From NCBI GenBank assembly GCA_903813345.2, contig CAIIXF020000001.1, forward strand, positions 1,860,001 to 1,924,000: DNA of 64,000 nucleotides. Reading direction: 5' to 3'. The position numbers and the translations under genes are program-made. Under the pieces are notes generated by a model. That model made no database searches and was not told the origin of the DNA. It saw nothing but the letters and a program-made list of their open reading frames with translations. Source of the stretch: Owenia fusiformis (Eukaryota). Positions 39,215 to 52,394 of this stretch are shown here, piece after piece. The stretch's first letter is position 1. Each line of letters opens with the position of its first letter.

Positions 39215-39842
39215 TTAAAGGTTTTTCAGCATTGTGTCAATGGGGATTTAGCCCAACCTTTTTTAGACAACTAGAAAATCATTAGAATTTGAATAAAGGT
39301 AAATAACGGTGCAAATCAAAGTTGTTTTGATAGAAGAAAAAGTTTCATTAAAAACGTGACTTTAACAAGATTTTAAAGCTATATGGAAAAAGGACCATTG
39401 AATGAATATAAGATGCTGCCTCAAAATTGTCTCACTAATTGATGCTATACCCCCTCGTACATTTGAACAGATATCTCAATTCTGATTTCAGAAAGTAAAA
39501 TTAAGATTTGGAGGGAAACATTGTCCTGTTTTTGAAAAGATTGCTTCATATATTTCACACTCTAGTCTGCTAACACTCGATCAGTTCAGACAACCACCCT
39601 CCAAGTGGCCCTTAATGTCATAACGGAAGATAGTAATGGTTTTTTTAGTATAATTTATTTCATAAAAATAATAACAATTGGACAACTTATACATTAACAC
39701 CTGTCAGATGGAATATCTCTGTAAGAAACGCCTCTCTATATGGAACAATATTTTAAAAAATGTGAAGTCCCATTGACTTATATGATAATAAATCCTCTCT
39801 TTAAGCAATGGCGTAAAATGCATAAAACGCCATGGCATTAAT

Positions 39843-40698
39843 TTTTTATCACACTTTGAAAAAGTGCTATATTGTCGTCGTCTTGTGCTGTTGGGCGGGC
39901 AGGCGGGTGGGCGGGCGGCACATAAACCAAATCTTGTCATCAAATTTCCAGGATAACTGCTTACCTGTTCAACTTGAAATTTTTACAGATGCAAGAGCAG
40001 ACTAGTACCAAGATCTGATTAGGTTAAGGGCATGCTGGGTAAACTACGTGGCGGCCATTTTGAATTTTTCAACAAATCTTGTCATCAAAATTCCAGGAAA
40101 ACCACTTATCCGTTCAACTTGAAATTTTTACAGATGCAAGAGCAGACTATTGCCAAGATCTGATTAGGTTTTGGGTATGCTGGCTGAATTACATGGTGGC
40201 CATTTTGAATTTTCAATTTGGCGGCCATTTAGAATTTTTCAACTTGCTCCAAATTGACCAAATTCTTTTTTAAAAAACATCTACAAGTTCTCAGAAGTTC
40301 AAATCTGTCCTTAGATTTCAGATTTGACCTTTCATTCACCTTCAGTGACCTTGAAAAGGTCAAAAAAGTTGATTTTCTAATTGATATTTTGGATTTAAAT
40401 TTAGGTCAGCTTAATTACAAAACACTTACTGAGGCCTGAAAAAGTGAAATTTTCAAGGTCGAAGGTCATCAAATTAGGTCACAAACAATGTTATCTAAAT
40501 TTTCCAAAAGTTCAACACTACAAATAAATTCTTGTCATCAAAATTGCAGGAAAACCGCTAACCTTGTCAACTTGAAATGTTTACAGATCCAAGAGCAGAC
40601 TAGTGCCAAGGTCTGATTAGGTTTTGGCCATGCTGGGTAAATTGCATGGTGGCCAGTTTGCTCTTCAAAGTGCGATATTTATCACTGTGTGTCTTGTT
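39843..40698 (+). mobile_element. Helentron-associated (HINE/DINE-like) repeat, copy 1
   Basis: Subterminal inverted motif ATC.CACTTTGAA / TTCAAAGTGCGAT, (GGCG)n microsatellite, internal tandem units, T-rich target. Inverted copy at 47383-48095 and partial copy at about 50640-50945. Confidence 0.6.
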
Positions 40699-41064
40699 AT
40701 ATAGAATTGCCCCACACTTTAAAAATACTGGCACCTAAGGAACTTCTTTTTTCTATGACTGTTGATAATTGGAGACCACCTCTAACTTACACGATCAGTA
40801 TACGCTTTGACATAAACCCTCTTTTCTGTAATTATTGCTTGACAGGAAACTTCATACCACTCATAATGTCAATCATTTGACATCTAATAACATAACATAT
40901 ACTGAACACTAGCTAGTGTATATATCGCTCCTGAGACAAATACACTATTTGATATTAGTGGATATGGTCTGGTATTATCAAAGAACATCCTGCTAATGTT
41001 CCACACTTATCTACAGTTGTTTGTAGTGTGCATCTTGATTTAATTCAGTGGTATTCTCCAAAGG

Positions 41065-41098
41065 TTATTCAAGTAGGTTGTTAATAGTCTTCAACACT
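41065..41098 (-). CDS. Possible terminal coding exon of an unidentified minus-strand gene
   Basis: Acceptor TTTTTTCTTGCAG on the minus strand, then (A)GTG TTG AAG...GAA TAA; phase matches the 68-nt exon at 48155-48222. Confidence 0.35.
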
Positions 41099-42697
41099 CT
41101 GCAAGAAAAAAGAATAAGACTGTTTATAGAAGTCCTACCTTTATGGTAAGGAGACAAGGGAAGACTAGATAAATGCAAATGGAGACTTCTCCTTTGGGAA
41201 ACAATGGAATATAATTTATTCAATGCGAGAAATATACATGAATTTGTAAATCAGTTGAGATTTTCCAGAATGGATTTGACCTTTTTGCACTGTACAGTGT
41301 AAACACATTTGGCACTTGAATCTTGTGCCAACTTTATCATAATAGGTATTTGTATTGCAGTTTTGCATGATATAAAATACTGTACAACCCGTGTTAGTGG
41401 AATGCCCTTTGGACCACAAAAAATGATCCACAGTAAGGTGTTATATTTACATAAGTTCATTAACATGGAGTCAATGGGCCACAGGAATTTTAAAAACCTG
41501 CTCCACTAGTGAGGTGTTCCACTTACAGAGGTGTTCCACTAAGCAGTTTCTATAAGGGGAATATGGAAGTAAACCTTACCCACTGGTCTCCAATTTCATA
41601 GGTCTAGCTTTATCCCAATTACTGGCAATTACTGGAAATAAAAAACAAACAATGTTTTGAATACAAAGCATAAATACGCAAAATCTCACCCCCTCCATAT
41701 GTTACAGATGCCAAATGCTAAACACGTCCATAAAAAAGTTGGGGACTATTTCATCACTTGGCGGTGATGACATAAAAAACAGAGTTTCTTTATATAACAA
41801 CCAAAATGCACTGAAGGAATATTTTCAAGTTTATAGATTTAACTTAAAATATAGAAAATGGCATCTCAATAGAAAAGCTTATAAATTTGATGAGAAATTA
41901 TCATCATCCTAGTTATGATTACATGAATTACCAATAATTAAAAGAAGGTGTAATATTTCCCACATTTCAACATGGATATACATTTTCAATTCAATATTGT
42001 TCAAAATCAAAAATATTTGAATTAGGCCTAAATGTTGAAATGAAATTTCCAAGGGTGGAAACATATGATATCCAACTTTTTTGTGCATGGTGTTTGGTGT
42101 TCAGTGCTGCTGTTAGGTGTTTGGCAGTCAGCATCTCCCTCTGTAACAAATGACAGGTGGTGACATTTTGCATGTCAATGCCTTGATGTAAAAATGCAGA
42201 CATACTTAAGTAATGGCAGACATATATGATGCAAAAACAATGTTCTATTAAAATATAACATCTAATGAAAATAATGAAAACATTATTGATTTCTCCATCT
42301 TTTGTTGAAAAAAAGTTCCACGAATTAGTTATTCATTTGAATAAAAGGTAGACAAAAAGTACTTTTTTAGTACAGGGAGGTCATTTAATAAATCAAATGA
42401 ACTTCCTCTTTCAGTTCAAGGTCATTGATTTCAGCCAATCAGTAAACATAAATAAAGAAACGTGACAAATATGAATAATTGTGCAACGCTTTTGATGTGT
42501 TTCCAAAATTTAATTCCCTCCCCAATCCAAATATTGCATGTTATTGATAACAATTTTGGGGTTTATTCAAGTGGAGCATTTTTATATATAAATAGCAACC
42601 TTCCCGATAGAATTATTTCAAAACAACTTTTCGATCTCGAACGTCTTTCATTTGACAATAAAGTGCAGCAATAAGAGATATCCAGCAAAGTGTCATC

Positions 42698-45600
42698 ATG
42701 AAAGTGCAGTGTGTCTTGGTATTGTGTCTCATACTCATTGCAGTGTGTCTTATGGAAGTTGACGCTTGTGGAAGACGCAGGAGAAGAGGATCAAGTGGTA
42801 AGTTATTATGGTTTATAGGGCTTTGCTCATGTTGTCTGAACTGCAGAGAAAAATTCAGAATTTTGTCAATTTTCAAGAATTATTTGCAGACAAGAGCTAA
42901 TGGACTTAGAAAACAGACATGGCATGGACTAAGAGCAGAAAATATTAAATTGTCTCTTAAACTAGTCTCTTATCTTTGTGGCACATTTAACAGTTTAACT
43001 ATGTAATTGAATGTTAAGATTTCTGAAGAATTTTGGAGACCAGGTTTGGAGACACATTGAAGATCCATTTGTGGAGCATCCAAAATGTGCTATGAAAGAT
43101 TATTTAATTACCATAGTATAATATAGGCTAATAATGCATAAACATGTATTTTCAAAAGCTGAAATAGGAGGCAAGCATATTTTCTATGTTAGGAAAATCT
43201 ATATGATATTTTTCATATTTATTAAAACTCAATAATGTTCTAAATAAAGAGCTTGATTTAATACAGAGTAGTGATCATACTTCTGACACTACAAAAGCTA
43301 GAGAGCTTGAAATTTTATCTATTTTTGAAAAAGACCTTGAAAGCAAAACAAAGGGTGCCATCTTAAGGTCAAAAGAGCAAGAAATAGAATTTGGAGATAA
43401 AAACTCAAAATATTTTCTGAATTTAGAAAAAGCACGTCAGGCAAATAATACAATTACATCATTGAAATCAGAAAATGGTATACTTAGATTAGATGAGGAT
43501 ATTTTGAAAGAAGAAATTAAATTCTATAGCGAATTATATAGATCAAAATCCCAACCAACCAATAAAGTAAAAAATTATTTGAATTCTATTAACTTTCCTA
43601 ATACATTAGATAAACAAGATAATGACATCCTTGAAGGTGTTATCAATAATAGTGAGTGTTTACCTGTTATTTCCAGTATGAAAAAAGATATTTCCCCAGG
43701 ATCAGATGGTTTAACCACTGACTTCTATAAATGCTTTTGGAAAGATATACATATTTATGTTATAGAAGCAATTAATGAGTCATATGAAGTTGGAATCTTA
43801 CCAACTTCATTTCGTAAAATTATCATATCTTTGTTATTCAAAAAAGGAGACCGTGAACTATTAAAAAATTATCGTCCAATATCATTATCTAATACAGATT
43901 ATAAGATTTTAGCTTTTATCTTGGCAAAAAGACTTCAAAAGGTTATAGGTAAATTAATTGATATGCAACAAACGGCTTATATTAATGGTCGTTTTATGGG
44001 AAATAGTAGCCGACTGGTATTAGATGTATTTGAATATTTTGAAAATCAAAATCAGATAGGTGGCGCTATAATCTTTCTTGACTTCCAAAAAGCGTTTGAT
44101 AGTATAGAGTGGAATTTTATGTATGAAACGTTAAAAAAATTTAAATTCAGTGATAAGATTATCAAATGGCTCAAACTTTTATACAAAAAACCTTTCTTAA
44201 ACATTAAGCAAAATGGATGGTTATCAAAAAATATTGATGTTGAACGCTCATGTCGGCAGGGCTGCCCCGTTTCCGCAATGGCATTTATTTTATGTTGCGA
44301 AGTTATGAACTTAGCAATTCAGCAAAATAATGATATATCAGGTATAACTGTTGATGGTAAAGAGAGATATGATGGTATAAGATGTCCCAATATGCGGACG
44401 ATACTTCACTTTTCATTAAAGATAAAGAGTCATTGAAAAATGCTCTTAATACTATTTCCAATTTCTCAAAATTTTCTGGTCTGAAGTTAAACATAGAAAA
44501 AACTGAAGGCATTTGGCTTGGAAAAAATAAGGACTTTGAAGAGAAATGTGAAAATATAACTTTTACTGATGAACCAATCAAATATTTAGGAATCTTTTTA
44601 GGACACAACAAACAAAGATGTTATGAATTAAACTGGGAAGATAGAGTAAAAAAGGTAGAAAAAATATTAGACAGCTGGAAGAACCGATACTTAACACTTT
44701 TTGGCAAAGTTACAGTGATTAAATCACTGGCAATTCCAAAATTAATTTATGCAGCATCAGTATTATCTGTGCCACATGAGATTATAAAAAAAGTAAACAA
44801 TCTTGTATTTAAATTTCTATGGGATGGAAAAAAGGACAAAATAAGAAGATCTATAATCATAAATAATATTAATAAGGGTGGAATAAATATGATTGACTTA
44901 GAGTCTCAAATACATGCACTTAAAGCAGCATGGATCCCCCGTTTGCATAATCAAAACATGTACAATAAAATCCCTTACTTCTATTTCAATAAATTTCTTC
45001 CAAATATAGATGTATTATTCAAGATAAATGATACTAGATTCAAAGAATTTGAAAATGTTCCACTTTTTTATCAACAAGTGCTGGAAGCACATTGTTTATG
45101 TAAATGCATCAAAAATATAAGAGATATGAAGCAACATGAACTCTTGCAAGAGGTTATATGGGGAAACAAATTATTCACTGTCAAAAATAAACCAATTTTC
45201 TTTGAATCATGGATCAAAAGTGGAATTATATACATAAAAGACTTGATAATTCAGAACAGGTTCCTTGATGTTAATATGTTATATCAAAAACTTGTAAATA
45301 AACAAAATTGGATATCTGAATATTACAGAGTTTTATCAGCCATGGGCACACTGAAAGAAAGATTCAATTTAGAATCTGTCAAGTATACAAATATTCATAA
45401 TACTTTTAAATTTAATATAAATAATGTGATTATCACTGTGAATAATCAGAAATCCAAATTCTTTTATGAAATATTAAAAAATAAACGATCGGAAAAATGG
45501 TTTATGAAAAGGAAATGGGAACAAGAGTTTTGCTATGAAGCCAATGATGAAATAAATTGGCAAAACTTTTTCTCTACAAAAATAAGTTGTAAAGAAAAGA

Positions 45601-46845
45601 AAATAGGTAATTTCAACTTTAAAATAATCAACAATATTCTTCCTAGCCTTAGTGATTTATATATATTTGGTAAAAGTGAAACCTACAAATGTAGTTTATG
45701 TAATGAATTATGTACCTTGAAACATTTGTTATTTTCATGCTCATATTCTCAAAACATTTGGAAACATATTTATAATATCTCAGGGTTAAGAGTAACTTAC
45801 AGAAAATTGATAATTGGTTACAATGGAAATGACAATCATACTGAATTTTTAAACTATTTTATAAGTATTGTTTCATTTGTTATATATAAAACATATATTC
45901 AAGAACTGAATAATGGTATTAAGCGTAATTTTGAAGGCACTATTAAAACTTTAAATTTTGAAATCTGTACTCGTAAAAATGTATTTTTTAAAAACAAATG
46001 GAAAATGATTAAAACATAACTCATTATACATTATTGTAATTAATTGTATCATTGTATTTCTGTATCGTAAAAACCTAAATTGGAATAAACTATATTTGAA
46101 AAAGAAAAAAAAAAACTCAATAAATATTATAAACTATAATATGCAAAATTTTGTATAATTTTGTAGGATGTTCATACTGTTCAAGCTCTTCATGTTCAAA
46201 CTATTGTCAAAATCTTCCCAACGTAGCCACAGGGAATTACTTTGGATCATGTGGAAATGACAAAATGTGTCGTTGTTCAAACATACTTGGGCAACTGGTT
46301 GGCCAGAAATGTATAGGTAAAGTTTTTAACAACTCTTATATTCAATATCTACAAATGTTTTTAATATGATTTTAAAGGCCAAGGCAATTTATTTCATGTA
46401 TAAAAAATGCAACCTGTTGATGTAAATATGATTGGAAAAAAAATATTGAAAATTGTAATGTACTCACATAAAAGTAATGTGGTAATAAAGGATACAATAC
46501 AATACAATTAAGAAATAAACAATAAACTATGATTTTGAGGGTTTGTTCTTCAATATTCTGATATCTTTTTTCATGGATGTATGCAGTTTCTCCGGCTCTA
46601 AGCCACTTCTTGCAAATACATGTACATTGACTTAACTGTAAACACATGCAATATTAGACTCATGATACAAAAAAAACATTCAAAATTATGATTTAATTTT
46701 TGAGTTTTTTTTGTATTCTTCTTATGTGACCTTATTTGAAATTTTATTTGAATAGTATTATATTGTACCTCTTTATATTTCAGGACTCTCAGGAGGAGGA
46801 GGTGGTGGTGGCTTAGACCAGGAAGACCAGGAAAAATTAGAATAG
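42698..46845 (+). CDS. Secreted Cys-rich CS-alpha-beta (defensin-like) peptide precursor A, 3 exons
   Basis: Exons 42698-42797, 46167-46316, 46784-46845: MKVQCVLVLCLILIAVCLMEVDA-CGRRRRRGSSGCSYCSSSSCSNYCQNLPNVATGNYFGSCGNDKMCRCSNILGQLVGQKCIGLSGGGGGGGLDQEDQEKLE*. Signal peptide, CxxxC...GxC...CxC motif, TATAAAT at 42587. Confidence 0.82.
43236..46111 (+). mobile_element. 5'-truncated L1/Tx1-clade LINE in intron 1 of peptide gene A
   Basis: RT motifs SPGSDGL, NYRPISL, LDFQKAFDSI, RQGCPVS, YADD; frameshift near 44360-44380; AATAAA and poly(A) tail; TSD AAAACTCAATAA (43224-43235, 46112-46123) at a TT/AAAA site. Confidence 0.93.
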
Positions 46846-47382
46846 ACAATCATGGACTAAAAATAAATAATGAGAACATTTTGATAATAACAAGAAATAA
46901 AAATAAACAATACAATATTATACAATATATTAGTATATTATATATGAAGTAGATACAATGTAATAGAAATAGCATATGAATAATATAAAATAGAATATAC
47001 ATTGCATTTGGAGTATCATTTTTGAATATACTTAAAACGCCAGAAAAACACCAGAATTATTGTAATAGAGGTGTGACTATTAGTTTTCCCATAGTTACTT
47101 TGATATTCTTTAAACATTGTATGGTATTTTCTATTACCAGTGGAAAGATATCCTATTTTTGGCAAATTTTCACTAAACCATCAAATATGTTTTTTAAACC
47201 AGGAGATACTTCAGCAACACCATATTCGTTGGTTGAGTTTTGCTCATTTTCCATATGCATACTCTTTTAATCCAATTGACATAATTGATAGTTATCTGTC
47301 TCTTCATGGACTCCTCAGTCCTGACATCTATTTATAATCATAGAATATTTTTCTTATTTTGTCCATTTTGATCATTAGCCAA

Positions 47383-48095
47383 AACAAGACACACAGTGAT
47401 AAATATCGCACTTTGAAGAGCAAACTGGCCACCATGCAATTTACCCAGCATGGCCAAAACCTAATCAGACCTTGGCACTAGTCTGCTCTTCCATCTGTAA
47501 ACATTTCAAGTTGACAAGGTTAGCGGTTTTCCTGCAATTTTGATGACAAGAATTTATTTGTAGTCTTGAACTTTGGGAAAATTTAGATAACATTGTTTGT
47601 GACCTAATTTGATGACCTTCGACCTTGAAAATTTCACTTTTTCAGACCTCAGTAGGTCTTTTGTAATTAGCTGACCTAAATTTAAATCCAAAATATCAAT
47701 TTAGAAAATCAACTTTTTTGACCTTTTCAAGGTCACTGAAGGTGAATGAAAGGTCAAATCTGAAATCTAAGGTCAGATTTGAACTTCTGAGAAGTTGTAG
47801 ATGTTTTTAAAAAAAAAATTTGGTCAATTTGGAGCAAGTTGAAAAATTCAAAATGGCCGCCAAATTAAAAAATTCAAAATGGCCACCATGTAATTCAGCC
47901 AGCACACCCAAAACCTAATCAGATCTTGGTACTAGTCTGCTCTTGCATCTGTAAAAATTTCAAGTTGAACAGGTAAGCAGTTATCCTGGAAATTTGATGA
48001 CAAGATTTAGTTTATGTCCCGCCCACCCGCACGCCCAAACGCCCGCCCAACAGCACAAGACGACGACAATATAGCACTTTTTCAAAGTGCGATAA
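47383..48095 (-). mobile_element. HINE/DINE-like repeat, copy 2 (inverted)
   Basis: Reverse complement of 39843-40698; the empty site is visible in the paralogous segment at about 60345-60355. Confidence 0.7.
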
Positions 48096-48154
48096 TAAGA
48101 TTTTTATCATATAACATTACTACAAAATACTAAAAAGAAAAGTAACTCTCTTAC

Positions 48155-48222
48155 TTTGATGGCTGGCCCCAATGTCCCAAGTCACTCGCTGTCCTTTCAT
48201 AGTTCCTCAACACTGACACGAT
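48155..48222 (-). CDS. Putative 68-nt internal exon of an unidentified antisense gene (copy 1)
   Basis: TTTTTGCAG|...|GTAAG splice sites on the minus strand; open frame IVSVLRNYERTASDLGHWGQPS; duplicated at 60397-60464. Confidence 0.45.
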
Positions 48223-48813
48223 CTGCAAAAACAATATGAGGTTCAGTTATAACATTAAATGGCTTCAAAATTGTTTTCGATGGTCCTTTTTTCATCTCGC
48301 TTTGAAATCTCATAAAGTCTCATTAAAGAAATTTTTGGAAATCTGCATTTTAACCATTAAAGACTATCATTTTCTTCTACTTGATGGTATATTTGAATTA
48401 TATGTGAAAATTTCTATAAAAAGCTTTGATTTGTGCATTTATTTACCTGAACCGTTATGAACTGTTCGATGTGCATAGTAATCAGTACTGTAATTACTTT
48501 TTTCAGACTTATCTATTATAATCAGAAATAGTCTAGTTCCGTATCAATAGGCATTGCTTCCCAATGATCTTTTTGTATTTCCTGAAAGCCCGGCCCACAG
48601 ATTATCATTATTTTTAAATTCAAAGACCTAATTACAGATGGCTGTAAATTAGGTGATCAACCCGATTAAAATTTTGAGAATTTTTGAGATCACTTGAAAC
48701 AGAATTGAATTTAAATTTTGATTTAGAATTAAAATGCGAACTTATATTAAAACGTATTAAACCGCTTTGACGCCATCAATTTCAGTGTACATTGTATTGT
48801 TGTATTTGCTTAA

Positions 48814-49619
48814 AATACCCATCTAAAGTTTGAAAATATTTTTTTTATCATTTATTTACTATTTCTCATGACTTAAAAAGCTATTTTTGAGATTTTTGAA
48901 AAAAAAAATTTTGAAAAAGAAGTTGTGAGCATTTCATTTTTCAAATATTCAAATTTTTTAAACATCAAATATTTCTTAATGCATTTCAAAAAAGATTATC
49001 TTTTTAACTACCAATACAAAGATTGAACAAAGGACACACTATTTCAATAATAAAATGCCATATTTAATGGGCCACTTCAATGTTTTAGCATATCAAAAAT
49101 ATTTTGAAACATTAGTGATGTCACTAAGGTAGCAAAAACTTTTTGAAAATTGAAAATTTTTTTTCGATGTCAATCTTTTCTAAATATGCTAGACTTCAAT
49201 AATAAACCAATGATGATTGTCTAACCAGGTTAATAGGAAGAATATATTATGTTTTAGATATCATTGTACCATTGGTTTCTATGAGAACCAAAAATTTTGA
49301 AATGCATTTTTCTCGGAACCATTTTCATCCACTGATTAGTTCATTTCTCGCTTATTTATGAACCGATTTTCCTAATTTTCTTCTGCAAAAAACATGCGAG
49401 GATGAATGCTATGCATCGGTATGAATTATGGCTAATTAAAAGATATATGTGACCTCAAAAAGTTAGTTTTTTAGTTAGTAAATTCACAAATTTTGTAACA
49501 AAAATTCTATCAAAAACCACTTTTTGAAATTTAAAAAAAAAGTTTCCCATATCACACTTTGATAACATTGGGTAAGACTGCAATATAAGCCAAAGTGGTT
49601 TAAACTTTATATGGGGACT
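48814..49619. mobile_element. TTAA-flanked Kolobok-like element, copy 2
   Basis: Direct copy of 38382-39214 with TTAA flanks. Confidence 0.7.
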
Positions 49620-52394
49620 TTAAAGAGCTATATCACTGACATAAATCAGAAACTTATTAATAGTCTAGTTGAAAGCCCATGGTTTTATTCAAAACATAAA
49701 ATTCAAAACATATTTTAGGTTATTTATTTGGACCATGAATCAGAAAATGAATAAACGTGATGTTTTTGCTTAAAACATAAAAATTCAAAACACATTTAAG
49801 GGACAGTTTTAAGATTATCTATTTGGACCATAAATCAGAAACTAAATAAAAAATTCAAAACAAGTTTTCAAACAATAAAATTTATGATAAACATAAACAG
49901 CTTTGAATGTAGAGTAAATGCGTCATTTTAAAAACCTTTGATTGTGTTCGGTGTAGTGCATATCTAGTGTACCAAATTAAAGAGGTATTAAACCAGACCT
50001 GCTAAACAAAATAATTGTGGACAAGTTTTTTAAAATCTAAATTGCAAAAGATTTTGTTTTTAAAGGAGCAACAAGGACTGTAGAGAGAAAATTTGAAATT
50101 TGAAATTTTTTCTGAGCTATGAGGACAATATTTGGCTTAACATCTTCTTTGACATACCTATTTTCTTGAAATGTATGGATAAACTATCAATTTCAGCATT
50201 AAGAAGTGTAAATTCAGTTCATAGCTTCTATAAAGGGAGTCCCACTTATAGATTTTTAAGATTCACCACGCTTCAAGAAGAATATCAGCTGAAACAATGT
50301 TCATCCAGGGGGTTTCTTTGTAGATAATAAAAATATATGTTAGTCTTGATGAAATATCCAAACTTAAATACATTTTGACACTGGTCAATGATCGATGAAT
50401 GGCCCTCCTGCACTAATTGTTGCACCTTTAAATCCGGTAGTTTTTCAAAAAGAGGTATTTTCAAGTCTTTTTGAAAAAGATTTTTATAAATACAGTAGTT
50501 TTTCAAAAATGCAGTATTTTTTCCAGTAAAATTTAAAAAATGGTAGTTTTTGCGTTAGATTTTTTCCTGGTAGATTCTTCAAAAAACTACAGTTTTACCA
50601 GTAAATTTTCCAAAAATAGTTTTCCCAGTAGATTTTTTAAACAAGACATACAGCTTCTGTAAAAATTTTAAGTTGAACGGATAAGTGGTTTTTCATTAAT
50701 TTTGATGACAAGAGCTACCAAGTAATTAACCCAGCACACCCTAAACCTAATCAGATCTTGGAACAAATATGCACTTATATCTCTTCAAATTTCGAGTTGA
50801 ACAGGGAAGTGGTTTTCCTAGAATTTTGATTACAAGATTTGATGTGTGGTGCCCATACCCCTGCACATCCATCCACACATCTGGCCATACGCACATCAGC
50901 ATAAGATGACGGCAATATAGCACTTTCATCAAGTGTGACAAGAAGTGTGACAAAAATGGTAGCATCAACACAAGAAAGAATAATACTGTTAAGAGAACAG
51001 ATTCTCATATGACTAACAAAGATACATCCATCTTTACCCCATGCAAGATATTGCCATCTTTCATCCTAAAAAGTCACACGTGCAAGATGAGATTTACTTG
51101 TGACATCACTGGTCTATAAACAAAACTAAGCTATGACGTCATAACAATGGAGCTTTGTTGCCACGCGTGTCTATGTATTTTCTACAATATTGTTATGACG
51201 TCATAACAATTGAAAGATGGAGTTCCATTTATCTGAAGCTATTTTTCACCCAGTTTTGTCATGAAAATGTGAAAGTAAGGCATAATACAGTCATGTGAGA
51301 AAAACTTTCTTGTACTCATGCCTATGTGCAAAATCGTCCATTCTTGACTCGCTTTGATAATGTTTCTTTATCTCGTCTGCGACTCAATAAAGAAGAATCA
51401 TCAAAGCTCATCAAGAATGGACGATCTTGCACAGGTACTCATATAGGAACCTTTATGTCTACACTGTTTATCTTTATCATAAGGAGACAAGGGAGAGTAA
51501 TGATTGGATCAATGTGAGAGGTTTCTCCTTTAGGAGACAATAGGATATGGCTCCTTATCTGCTACATCATTTAGCCTCACCTAAACCAATCACCCAATTT
51601 TTTTAATATTTTAATTTTGGTGTTCATGATTTCTTTTATTAGAATGTTGGGGGTATATTACTGCTTGTGAAATTCTAAGTAAAGACCTCAATAGTGAAAA
51701 TTTATTTGTCAATCTCATTACAAAGACACATTCGAAAATTCATTTATCATTCATTTAAGAATTTATAGTCAGAATGCAGGGTATGTGCACCACCTTGTAA
51801 CCTTATTTATTTTTGGTTTTTGTATATCTCGTATATATTTTTGTACTTTTGCTTTAGTTAGTATTTGTAGTTTAGATATTTAGTTTTTTCATAGTTATGA
51901 CTAATGTAATCATGTTATGATACAAGATGTCAATAAAAGTTATATATACTGATTTAGATTTCTTGAGCTCGTGTTTTGAAGAATATTGATATTTGGTTTG
52001 AAAAGGCAGGGCAATAAAAATTAAATGAAATTCGTCTTCAATTTGGTTCAGGTTACAATTGTATTTTTGTCCATTTTTCTTTTTTATGTCGACCTTTTTC
52101 AATTCCTAATTTATGATTGCTTAGTATTATTTTGCATATGTCCACATGTTCAAGCAGAAAGTAATTTTCATGAAACTATGTACCAATAAATCTTACTGAC
52201 ATATTCTCAAAAGCCTTCCATTGCAGCAATTAAAATGGATTACTGGGCATTAGGCTATTAACCTTGCCGAACAGGATATTCGTCACACCAGTAAATTATT
52301 GTGAATTGAATATTCATATAAATAAACAGTGAACAAATACTTTAAATAGTACAGTAAGGTCATTCAAATCAAATCATCTTCCTCCTTCAGTTAA

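Noticed and set aside
42798-43006. C-terminal part of the 102-aa ORF 42698-43006
   Set aside because: Read-through past a strong GTAAGT donor; the paralog supports splicing at this point.
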